This document shows, piece after piece, positions 11,338-19,150 of a DNA stretch of 32,000 nucleotides (position 1 is its first letter; each line of letters starts with the position of its first letter). Source of the stretch: Pseudomonas aeruginosa (GTDB lineage: Bacteria > Pseudomonadota > Gammaproteobacteria > Pseudomonadales > Pseudomonadaceae); NCBI RefSeq assembly GCF_001457615.1, contig NZ_LN831024.1, positions 3,780,001 through 3,812,000 of the forward strand. Direction: 5' to 3'. The position numbers and the translations under genes are program-made. The notes beneath the pieces were generated by a model. It was not told where the DNA came from, searched no databases, and was given only the letters and a program-made list of their open reading frames with translations.

Positions 11338-11946
11338 TCAGCGCTTCTCGGCAGCGCTACGCAGGCCCTTGAGGGTGTTCAGCGGCGCGTCGACCACGAA
11401 GCTGTTGGCCAACCAGGAAGGAATGCTGCCACCCGGCTCGGTTTCCACCTGGTAGGTCACTTCCGTCACGCCCTGCCCCTTCGGCTGCAACTTCCACTCG
11501 CCGACCAGCTTGGGCACGCGGATCTGGCCCTTTTCCTCGGGGATATAGGTCGGATCGGCCTTAAGGTGACGGATCACGGTGCCATCCGCAGTCTTCTCGG
11601 TGGTGACATGGATGACCACGTCGCGACCGGTAACTGGCCAGGGCATGTCGATCTTCGAGTAGGTCCAGGCGTCGGCGCCTTCCTGCTTCAGGAGTTTCAT
11701 CTCGGCGCAGGCATGGATCCACTTGCAGGAACCCTTGACGTCCTCCTGCAGCGCCTCGATGGTCGCCACGTCGGCCTTGATGTCGGTAACGCCGCGATAA
11801 GCCTTGTACTTGGAGCCCTGGACACTGCTGAGGTAGACCTTCACGCCATCCTCGTCCTTGGCCAGCTTCCAGTCTTCGGCCAGCGCATTGCCGGCCACCC
11901 CGAACACTGCGGCAGCCAGCACGGTCATACGCAAAATGCCACGCAT
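11338..11946 (-). CDS. START/SRPBCC-like exported protein, 202 aa
   Basis: Signal peptide MRGILRMTVLAAAVFGVAGNALA followed by EDWKLAKDEDGVKVYLSSVQGSKYKAYRGVTDIKADVATIEALQED, typical of START-like proteins. Confidence 0.85.
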   Translation of the reverse strand: MRGILRMTVLAAAVFGVAGNALAEDWKLAKDEDGVKVYLSSVQGSKYKAYRGVTDIKADVATIEALQEDVKGSCKWIHACAEMKLLKQEGADAWTYSKIDMPWPVTGRDVVIHVTTEKTADGTVIRHLKADPTYIPEEKGQIRVPKLVGEWKLQPKGQGVTEVTYQVETEPGGSIPSWLANSFVVDAPLNTLKGLRSAAEKR

Positions 11947-12079
11947 CGTTCCTGTTCCTCTCTTTATGGTTATTTTCGGTTCGCCGGCCGGGCGGTCGAC
12001 GCCCTGCAAGCCGCGATCCTGAGCCTTCGGCGCAGGATGCGCAGCAGTATGGCGTGAGACAGCCAGACTTCCAACCCGT

Positions 12080-12334
12080 TCAAGCGGCAGTGATGACTTC
12101 CCACTCCGCGATCAGGGCTAGCGCCTGCTCACGGCTGTCGCCGCAGATTTCCGGATCGGCGCCGAACTGGCCGCATACGGCCGGTCGCTCCGGTCGGCCG
12201 AACAGCCCGCAGAGATGGTTTTCGTCCAGGTGCAGGCAGCGTACGCCCGCGGGCTTGCCGGCCGGCATACCCGGCAGCGGAGAGGAAATCGACGGTGCTA
12301 TGCAGCAGGCGCCGCAGCCGGCTCTACATTGCAT
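12080..12334 (-). CDS. YkgJ-family (zinc/iron-chelating cysteine cluster) protein, 84 aa
   Basis: MQCRAGCGACCIAPSISSPLPGMPAGKPAGVRCLHLDENHLCGLFGRPERPAVCGQF; the CxxGCGACC pattern is typical of the YkgJ family. Confidence 0.85.
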   Translation of the reverse strand: MQCRAGCGACCIAPSISSPLPGMPAGKPAGVRCLHLDENHLCGLFGRPERPAVCGQFGADPEICGDSREQALALIAEWEVITAA

Positions 12335-12437
12335 GGGAAGGATCTCGCCCGAAAGTTGGCAGAGGAGCGGCCAGGACAGCCGTCCGAAACGGGCGCAAAG
12401 AATACGGACCGGCCAGGCCGCCGCCAAGCCCGGCGGA

Positions 12438-13202
12438 TCAGCGGCGCGTTTCCGCCTCGAGACGCGCGCTGCGAAGCTGCCACTGCTCGCGGTTGCCGGC
12501 AGCGAACAGCCAGGCCCTGGCCGACTCCGTCGCTGCCCGCCATTGCACGCGGCCCGGCTCGCGCAGGTCGAGGGATTGCGCCGCCGTCGAGTGGCCGAGG
12601 AAGGCGTTGCCAGCGGAACTCCAGTAGCCGGCGACCCCGGCCGGCAAGACCCAGGAGCGACCTTCCGCCTCGTCATCGACGATACCGGACAAGCGCTCCC
12701 CCGCTCCACGCCGCCAGGACAGGGCGACCCGGTTCAGCTCGCTGTCCGCCAGCGCGACGCGCACCTCCACGCCGCCCTGGCGCGGCTCGAACGACAGCTC
12801 GTAGGCGCTGAGCCGGCCATCGGCGCAGCGCAGGTGCCCCTTCAGGGACAAGCGTCGACCGACCAGTTCGAAGCTCTCCAGGCTCTGCTCCTGGCAGCGC
12901 AACTGCAGGCGACCGGCGCTTTCCCGCCCGGCCCCGAGAAAACCGCCCTCGCTCTCCCACAACGGCGGCCGAGCGCTACCCGCCACTGACAGGGCGAGGC
13001 TCTTGCCGCCCCAGCTCAAGCGGTATTCGCCCAGGTCGAAATCGCGCGGGATGGCAAACGCCGGCGGCACCCGCAGCTCGCTCCACAGAGCCGGCTCCCG
13101 CGACGCCTGGCTCGCCCACCAGGCGGCCGCCAGCACGACGGCCAGCCCGCTCAAGGCGAGCCCCCAGACCAGCGAGCGTTTGTGCAACCGCATACCTTTC
13201 AT
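12438..13202 (-). CDS. Hypothetical protein with one N-terminal transmembrane segment, 254 aa
   Basis: MKGMRLHKRSLVWGLALSGLAVVLAAAWWASQ then a soluble, beta-rich-looking region; start codon CAT at 13200-13202. Confidence 0.7.
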   Translation of the reverse strand: MKGMRLHKRSLVWGLALSGLAVVLAAAWWASQASREPALWSELRVPPAFAIPRDFDLGEYRLSWGGKSLALSVAGSARPPLWESEGGFLGAGRESAGRLQLRCQEQSLESFELVGRRLSLKGHLRCADGRLSAYELSFEPRQGGVEVRVALADSELNRVALSWRRGAGERLSGIVDDEAEGRSWVLPAGVAGYWSSAGNAFLGHSTAAQSLDLREPGRVQWRAATESARAWLFAAGNREQWQLRSARLEAETRR

Positions 13203-13308
13203 CCTTTTCCGAGCACCAGCCCCTACCGGTCGATGCCTGCCCACTTGGATTTATCGCCGCAGCCAATTAGGCTGCGGCGCCGTCCCAATCCCCCGGAGCC
13301 CACCCATC

Positions 13309-13650
13309 ATGCCCGTCTGGCTGCAAACCGCCTTGTTGCTAGCCTGTTCCAACCTGTTCATGACCTTCGCCTGGTATGGTCATCTGAAGACTCTCAACAG
13401 CAAGCCCTGGATCATCGCCGCCCTGATCAGTTGGGGTATCGCGCTGTTCGAATACCTGCTGCAGGTACCGGCCAACCGCATCGGCTACACCGAACTCTCG
13501 GTCGGCCAACTGAAGATCATGCAGGAAGTCATCACCTTGGCGATCTTCGTCCCGTTCAGCGTCTACTTCATGCAGCAGCCGCTGAAACTGGACTACCTCT
13601 GGGCCGGCCTGTGCCTGCTCGGCGCGGTGTACTTCATCTTCCGCGCCTGA
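13309..13650 (+). CDS. DMT family (DUF486-like) small membrane protein, 113 aa
   Basis: MPVWLQTALLLACSNLFMTFAWYGHLKTLNSKPWIIAALISWGIALFEYLLQVPANRIGY is characteristic of the family. Confidence 0.9.
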   Translation: MPVWLQTALLLACSNLFMTFAWYGHLKTLNSKPWIIAALISWGIALFEYLLQVPANRIGYTELSVGQLKIMQEVITLAIFVPFSVYFMQQPLKLDYLWAGLCLLGAVYFIFRA

Positions 13651-13656
13651 GCCGCG

Positions 13657-14523
13657 TCACGAACGCAGCCGGGCGATCAGGCTGGAGGTATCCCAACGAC
13701 CGCCGCCCATCGCCTGCACTTCGGCGTAGAACTGGTCGACCAGCGCCGTGACCGGCAACTGCGCGCCGTTGCGCCGCGCCTCGGCGAGCAGGATCGACAG
13801 GTCCTTGCGCATCCAGTCCACGGCGAAGCCGAAGTCGAACTCTCCGGCCAGCATGCTCTGGTGGCGGTTTTCCAGTTGCCAGGACTGGGCCGCGCCCTTG
13901 CCGATCACCTGCATCGCCGCCTCGCCATCGAGACCGGCGCACCGGGCGAAGTGCAGCGCCTCGGCCAGGCCCTGGAGCAGTCCCGCGACGCAGATCTGGT
14001 TGACCATCTTGGTCAATTGCCCGCTACCCACGTCGCCCATTCGCCGGACCATCCGCGCATAGCTGCGCAACAGCGGTTCGGCGCGTCGATAGAAGGCCTC
14101 CTCGCCACCGACCATCACCGTCAGGGCGCCGTTGACCGCGCCTGCCTGGCCGCCGGAGACCGGCGCGTCGAGAAAGCCCAGCTCACGCTCGGCAGCCAGC
14201 AGCGACAGCTCGCGGGCGACTTCCGCCGAAGCGGTGGTGTGGTCGACGAACAGGCTGCCCGGCGCCATTCCGGCGAAGGCGCCCTGCTCGCCCAGCGCCA
14301 CGGCACGCAGGTCGTCGTCGTTACCGACGCAACAGAACACCAGCTCGGCGCCAGCACAGGCCTCGCGCGGCGTATCGGCGCGCCGTCCGGCGTACTCCTC
14401 GACCCAGCGCAGCGCCTTGGCCGACGAGCGATTGTAGACACAGACGTCGTAGCCCTCTCGTTGCAGGTGCCCGGCCATCGGGTAGCCCATCGTGCCCAGG
14501 CCGAGAAATGCGACCGCAGTCAT
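13657..14523 (-). CDS. NAD(P)-dependent oxidoreductase of the 3-hydroxyisobutyrate dehydrogenase family, 288 aa
   Basis: MTAVAFLGLGTMGYPMAGHLQREGYDVCVYNRS Rossmann start, FLDAPVSGGQAGAVNGALTVMVGG substrate motif. Confidence 0.92.
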   Translation of the reverse strand: MTAVAFLGLGTMGYPMAGHLQREGYDVCVYNRSSAKALRWVEEYAGRRADTPREACAGAELVFCCVGNDDDLRAVALGEQGAFAGMAPGSLFVDHTTASAEVARELSLLAAERELGFLDAPVSGGQAGAVNGALTVMVGGEEAFYRRAEPLLRSYARMVRRMGDVGSGQLTKMVNQICVAGLLQGLAEALHFARCAGLDGEAAMQVIGKGAAQSWQLENRHQSMLAGEFDFGFAVDWMRKDLSILLAEARRNGAQLPVTALVDQFYAEVQAMGGGRWDTSSLIARLRS

Positions 14524-14626
14524 TCCGTCATCTCCTCGAAATCCGATCCCGCAGCCTAGCACAGCGGTTTGCCGAGGTCCGGAAGCCCCGCCATACTCAG
14601 CGCGGACCCTGGTATGGATAGCTCCG

Positions 14627-15178
14627 ATGCCTCACTGGCTGGTAATCGATCTGGAGGCCACCACCGCGGAAGGCGGCTGGCCCCTGGAGGAAATGGAAAT
14701 CATCGAGATCGGCGCCACCCTGGTCGCCGCCGCGGACGCCCGCGAACTGGACCACTTCCAGCGTTTCGTACGGCCGGTCAGGCGGCCGCTGCTGACCCAC
14801 TTCTGCCGCGACCTCACGCATATCAGCCAGGCCAACGTCGATGGCGCAGCCCATCTCAATACGGTCTGGGAAGCCTTCGAGCGCTGGCTCGCCCAGCATC
14901 GTCCGCGACTGGCCGGCTGGGCCAGTTGGGGCGACTACGACCGCCGCCAGTTGGAGCAGGAATGGCGCCAGCACGGGCTGACCAGCCAGCTCAGCGAAGT
15001 GCCGCACGTCAATCTCAAGCAACGCTTCGGCGAAGTCCGCCAGTTGCCCCGCCCGGTCGGCCTGAACGCGGCCCTGCAACTGGCCGGGATGAGTTTCCAG
15101 GGCCAGCAGCACCGCGCCCTGGAGGATGCCCGCAATACCGCACGGCTGCTGCCGCTGGTATTGCCGGTGGAGCATTGA
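14627..15178 (+). CDS. DEDDh 3'-5' exonuclease family protein (ERI-1/KapD-like), 183 aa
   Basis: VIDLEATTAEGGWP (DxE motif), HRALEDARNTARLL (HxAxxD motif). Confidence 0.88.
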   Translation: MPHWLVIDLEATTAEGGWPLEEMEIIEIGATLVAAADARELDHFQRFVRPVRRPLLTHFCRDLTHISQANVDGAAHLNTVWEAFERWLAQHRPRLAGWASWGDYDRRQLEQEWRQHGLTSQLSEVPHVNLKQRFGEVRQLPRPVGLNAALQLAGMSFQGQQHRALEDARNTARLLPLVLPVEH

Positions 15179-15282
15179 ACGAGGCCCGCGCCGCCTAGTG
15201 ACGCCTAGTGACGCCTTTCCGAGGCTTGGGCATACTGGCGGGCCTTTTCAAACCCGCCTGTTCACCCCTTCAGGAGAAGCCC

Positions 15283-15564
15283 ATGTTCAAGGTCAACGAA
15301 TACTTCGACGGCACCGTCAAATCCATCGCCTTCGACATGACCGCCGGCCCGGCCACCATCGGCGTGATGGCGGCAGGCGAATACGAGTTCGGCACCAGCC
15401 AGCTGGAGATCATGCATGTGGTCGCCGGCGCGCTGACGGTCAAGCTGCCGGGCAGTGACGAGTGGCAGGAATACGCCAGCGGCAGCCAGTTCACCGTCCC
15501 GGCGAACAGCAAGTTCCAGCTCAAGGTCGCCCAGGACACCGCCTACCTCTGCGAATATCGCTGA
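15283..15564 (+). CDS. ppnP: Pyrimidine/purine nucleoside phosphorylase (DUF1255), 93 aa
   Basis: [57 protein letters not shown] matches the PpnP cupin fold. Confidence 0.9.
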   Translation: MFKVNEYFDGTVKSIAFDMTAGPATIGVMAAGEYEFGTSQLEIMHVVAGALTVKLPGSDEWQEYASGSQFTVPANSKFQLKVAQDTAYLCEYR

Positions 15565-15579
15565 GCCCGGGCAGACAGG

Positions 15580-15604
15580 AAAACCGGCCGCAGGCCGGTT
15601 TTTT
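15580..15604 (+). terminator. Rho-independent terminator of ppnP
   Basis: AACCGGCC-GCA-GGCCGGTTTTTT. Confidence 0.92.
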
Positions 15605-15681
15605 CTTGCCCGCCGTCCAGCGGCTGCGGCGGAGGAATCGAGCTGCGCTCATCCGCCGCTGGAGCGGCTTGCCCAGCCCAT

Positions 15682-16278
15682 TCAGCCCTGCGGGAAGCGG
15701 TAGTGGCCGATGACCTGGTAGCGGAACAGCAGGTCCTCTTCCCGCACGCCGGCACCGATGTTGTGCAACACCAGCGGCCTGCCCTCCAGCCTGCGATCGG
15801 AAAGCACGCCGATATGCAGCAGGCCGTTGTCCAGGCGCCAGGCGACTATGTCTCCGGCCCGGTAGGCGGAAGCGTCGCGGCTAGGCGCCAGGGCCAGGCC
15901 CTGGCGGCTGAACCAGGTCATCAGGTTCGGTACGCGGCGGTGATCGATGTTGCGGTCGGTACCTTTCATTCCCCATTGCTGCGGGTAGGCCGCGAAGTGG
16001 CGACGCATGTCCTCGTGCACCGCCTTCTGTAGATCCAGCCCCTGTCCGCGCAGCGCACGGACCACCACGTCGGTGCAGACCCCGGTCTGCAGCGGCACGT
16101 CGCCGCCCGGATAGTCCAGTTGCCGGTAGGCCGGGTCGTAGCCCAGGGTAACGCCCACCTGGGCACGCGCCGCATCCACCAGTCGCTGCGGTTCGACCGC
16201 AGCGGCCGCCACCAGCGGCAGTCCGAGCATGGCGAGCAGCAACAGGCGGCGCAGCGCGCCGGATACGTCCTTGTCCAT
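15682..16278 (-). CDS. DUF1287-like exported protein, 198 aa
   Basis: Signal peptide, then VDAARAQVGVTLGYDPAYRQLDYPGGDVPLQTGVCTDVVVRALRGQGLDLQKAVHEDM; NlpC/P60-like C...H residues. Confidence 0.85.
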   Translation of the reverse strand: MDKDVSGALRRLLLLAMLGLPLVAAAAVEPQRLVDAARAQVGVTLGYDPAYRQLDYPGGDVPLQTGVCTDVVVRALRGQGLDLQKAVHEDMRRHFAAYPQQWGMKGTDRNIDHRRVPNLMTWFSRQGLALAPSRDASAYRAGDIVAWRLDNGLLHIGVLSDRRLEGRPLVLHNIGAGVREEDLLFRYQVIGHYRFPQG

Positions 16279-16288
16279 CCTTTTCCTC

Positions 16289-17440
16289 CTAAGCGCCCGC
16301 GGGCGCGTCCTGGTCCTTCGCGTATCCCAGCGGATACAGCAGTTCTTCCTTGTAGCCGGCCCAGACCCGGATGGCGTCCGGGAAGCTGTCGTCCAGCACC
16401 GGGTCGCCGCTGTCGACCAGCAACGGGCGGCCCCCGAGGGTCCCCAGCTTGCGCTTGGTGGCGACCACCCGCATGCGCTCCAGGCCGATGGCGCGCAACA
16501 CCCGGGGACTGATCTGCTGGTTGCCGCGACCGATCACGTGGCCCTGGCCGCCGATGGCGGTGACCAGCAGGTACGCCGGATGACCGTCCACCAGTTCGAA
16601 CAGCCGCGCCTCGTCGACGTCGCGGGCAATCACCGCGCCATTCTCCAGCACGTCGACGCCCAGCAGGGTGGTTTCCAGGCCGAGGTTGCGCGCCAGGCCA
16701 TGCAAGGTCGAGCCCGGTCCGAGCACATAGCGCACGCCGTCTTCCCAGTTTTCCGCCAGCCAGTCGGCGAGGTCCACCAGCACCAGCTCCTCGGACTCCA
16801 TCCCTGCCTGCTTCACGTGCTGCATGAAGTGGCCCTCCTCCGGCACTGTCATCTCGCCGTACCAACGCGCGGCGACGCGGCCGGCGCGCAGCGCCTCTTC
16901 GTCGAGGTCGCGCACTTCGCCGCTGGCCAGGCGCACCAGGCCGCCCTCGACCAGGCGCCTGGCCAATTCGCCGGCCGCGCGCGGACTGATGGCATAGACC
17001 CCGGAGTGGATCTTCACCCCGGCCGGAATGCCGAGCACCGGCTGTTGCTCGCGCACCACCCCGGCAACATCCCGTGCTGTGCCATCACCACCGGCGAACA
17101 GGATCAGGGCGACGCCGGCCTCCTGCAAACGCTCGACCGCCAACCGGGTATCCGCCGCGCTGCTGACCGCTCCCTGCCACTCGCCGAGCAGGCGATGGCG
17201 GAAGCCCATGCGCTCGAGCAACTCGCCGCCCATGGCCCCGGGAAAGGTCAGGAACTCGATCTTCTCGACCAGCGGCAACAGGCACTCCAGGGCTATCCGG
17301 GTGCGCTCCAGCGCACGTGGTTCGGCGCCTCTGGCCAGGGCCTCGGCAGCCACCCCGTCGCTGCCCTTCAAGGCGACCGGGCCACCCAGCCCGGCCAGGG
17401 GATTGACCACCAACCCCAGGCGAAACATGTCCATACTCAT
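16289..17440 (-). CDS. ATP-NAD kinase-like (COG3199-type) protein, about 379-383 aa
   Basis: LGLVVNPLAGLGGPVALKGSDG and ALILFAGGDGTARDVAGVV (GGDGT motif). Alternative Met starts exist at codons 3 and 5. Confidence 0.88.
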   Translation of the reverse strand: MSMDMFRLGLVVNPLAGLGGPVALKGSDGVAAEALARGAEPRALERTRIALECLLPLVEKIEFLTFPGAMGGELLERMGFRHRLLGEWQGAVSSAADTRLAVERLQEAGVALILFAGGDGTARDVAGVVREQQPVLGIPAGVKIHSGVYAISPRAAGELARRLVEGGLVRLASGEVRDLDEEALRAGRVAARWYGEMTVPEEGHFMQHVKQAGMESEELVLVDLADWLAENWEDGVRYVLGPGSTLHGLARNLGLETTLLGVDVLENGAVIARDVDEARLFELVDGHPAYLLVTAIGGQGHVIGRGNQQISPRVLRAIGLERMRVVATKRKLGTLGGRPLLVDSGDPVLDDSFPDAIRVWAGYKEELLYPLGYAKDQDAPAGA

Positions 17441-17514
17441 CCTCGGGCGAACTCCAGGACGCCCACACCGGTCGGACCACTATAACCAGAAAAACCCAGC
17501 GGTAGCCGGCAAGC

Positions 17515-17530
17515 TGGCACGCCGACTGCA
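17515..17530 (+). promoter_or_regulatory. Candidate sigma54 (-24/-12) promoter upstream of the 59-aa gene
   Basis: TGGCAC-GCCGA-CTGCA has GG and GC with the required 10-nt gap and one mismatch to TGGCAC-N5-TTGCA. Confidence 0.4.
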
Positions 17531-17643
17531 AGATTGCTATGGTCCATGGCTTTCGCGTTGGAGCGGCACGACATCCGCCGTTTGTCACGGCGGTTTCATC
17601 TGCGCTCCCTAGACTGCCGATAAACCTGATGAGGAGACGGGCA

Positions 17644-17823
17644 ATGAATTCGCAACACACCGATACCGCCAAGCGCCGCGTGATCCCCTTCAATACGCAG
17701 CAGCACACCGGTGGCGCCATCATCGACGCCCAGGGCCGGGAGATCCCGATCACCGAGGTGATGATCCAGCGCGCCTGCCGCGAACTGGACAGGTCCCTGG
17801 AGCAGGAACAGAAGCAGGCCTGA
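17644..17823 (+). CDS. Small conserved-looking protein of unknown function, 59 aa
   Basis: ATG preceded by GAGGAG; MNSQHTDTAKRRVIPFNTQQHTGGAIIDAQGREIPITEVMIQRACRELDRSLEQEQKQA; followed by a strong terminator. Confidence 0.85.
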   Translation: MNSQHTDTAKRRVIPFNTQQHTGGAIIDAQGREIPITEVMIQRACRELDRSLEQEQKQA

Positions 17824-17844
17824 GCGCCCGCCAGCACGACTTCG

Positions 17845-17871
17845 AAGCCCGGCATCCGCCGGGCTTTTTTT
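17845..17871 (+). terminator. Rho-independent terminator of the 59-aa gene
   Basis: AGCCCGGC-ATCC-GCCGGGCTTTTTTT. Confidence 0.93.
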
Positions 17872-17891
17872 CGCTTGCGCGAAGCCGCGCC

Positions 17892-18773
17892 CTAGCTCGG
17901 CGCCGGCAGGTCCTCGCCGACCAGGTCGAGGAAGGTCTCGACGATCCGCCGCGAACGCTGTTCGCGCAGGCACACCAGGGTCTCGGTCAGGCGTCGCTGG
18001 CAATCGACGATGGGTAGCGCATGGACCCGCGTGTCGGCGCCGAACTCCGCGGCCGACACCACCCCCACGCCGATCCCCGCCACCACCGCCTCGCGCGAGG
18101 CCTCGCGGCCCTCGACCTGGATCGCCGGACGGATCCGCAGGCCGGCGCGGCTCATCTCCTCCTCCAGGGTCTGGCGGGTCACCGAGCCCTGCTCGCGCAG
18201 CACCAGCGGCATGTCGTCGAGATCGGCGAGCCGGATCGACTCGCGCCCGGCCCACGGATGGCTGAGCGAAACGAAAGCGACGATCGGGTCGTTGCGCAGG
18301 GTCAGCGAAAGCAACCGCTCGTCGCTGACGTCCCGGCCCAACAGAGCCAGGTCGGCCTGGTAGCTGAACAGTCGCTGCAGAGACTCGTCGGTATTGCCGG
18401 TCTCCACCCGCACCGCGATGCCCGGATAGCGCTCGCAGAAACGCGCGATCTGCGGCAATACGTGCACCGGCGCATCCACCGCCAGGGTCAGGGTGCCGGT
18501 CTGCAGGGCGCTGGAGGCGGACAACAGCTCCTCCGCCTCGGCCTCGATCGCGAACAGCCGCTGGGTCACCGCGAGCAGGCGCTCGCCCAGTTCGCTCAGG
18601 CGCACCGAGCGCTTGTTACGGTGGAACAGCAGCACGCCGTAACGCTCCTCCAGCTTCCGCACCTGGTCGGAAACCGCCGGCTGGGTGAGAAACAGGCGCT
18701 CGGCGGCGCGCGTGAAGCTGCCGTACACGGCGACCGCATGGAAAGCCTTCAACTGTGCATGGGATACCGACAT
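17892..18773 (-). CDS. LysR-family transcriptional regulator, 293 aa
   Basis: N-terminal wHTH: LKAFHAVAVYGSFTRAAERLFLTQPAVSDQVRKLEERYGVLLFHRN, plus LTTR effector domain. Confidence 0.95.
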   Translation of the reverse strand: MSVSHAQLKAFHAVAVYGSFTRAAERLFLTQPAVSDQVRKLEERYGVLLFHRNKRSVRLSELGERLLAVTQRLFAIEAEAEELLSASSALQTGTLTLAVDAPVHVLPQIARFCERYPGIAVRVETGNTDESLQRLFSYQADLALLGRDVSDERLLSLTLRNDPIVAFVSLSHPWAGRESIRLADLDDMPLVLREQGSVTRQTLEEEMSRAGLRIRPAIQVEGREASREAVVAGIGVGVVSAAEFGADTRVHALPIVDCQRRLTETLVCLREQRSRRIVETFLDLVGEDLPAPS

Positions 18774-18910
18774 GGACCTTCACCATTCCAGGCAGGACAA
18801 GGGGTTCCGCGCCATGGGCGGCGCACACGGGAATGACCGTTCGGTCAACTTCCTCGACCCACGCCGCGCCAGGCTTACGGACAAACAAGTAAAACTTATA
18901 TTTAAAATTT

Positions 18911-18935
18911 GATAAATCGATTTCATTTATTTATC
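18911..18935. promoter_or_regulatory. Candidate LysR-type operator (T-N11-A dyad)
   Basis: GATAAAT-N11-ATTTATC perfect 7-bp dyad arms in the lysR/MFS divergent intergenic region. Confidence 0.5.
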
Positions 18936-19150
18936 CGGAATTGTTTCCATCGCTTCACCACAACGCGCCAGCGCCTCGGCAGCCAGCCCCTGCCAGGGCA
19001 GCCGCAACCCTTACCCAGGAGGTGAAGCCGACTCCAGATACCTCTGACCAGGCACCGCGACATGGCGGTGCGGAAGTGCTCATCAGAACAACAACAAGGC
19101 GTGTTCCCCTCACACCTGCCGGCACCGATAACAAGATCGAGGTCAGATCC

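Noticed and set aside
16229-17485. 418-aa plus-strand ORF opposite the NAD-kinase-like gene
   Set aside because: It overlaps a minus-strand gene with a clear GGDGT motif, and its composition is typical of shadow frames.
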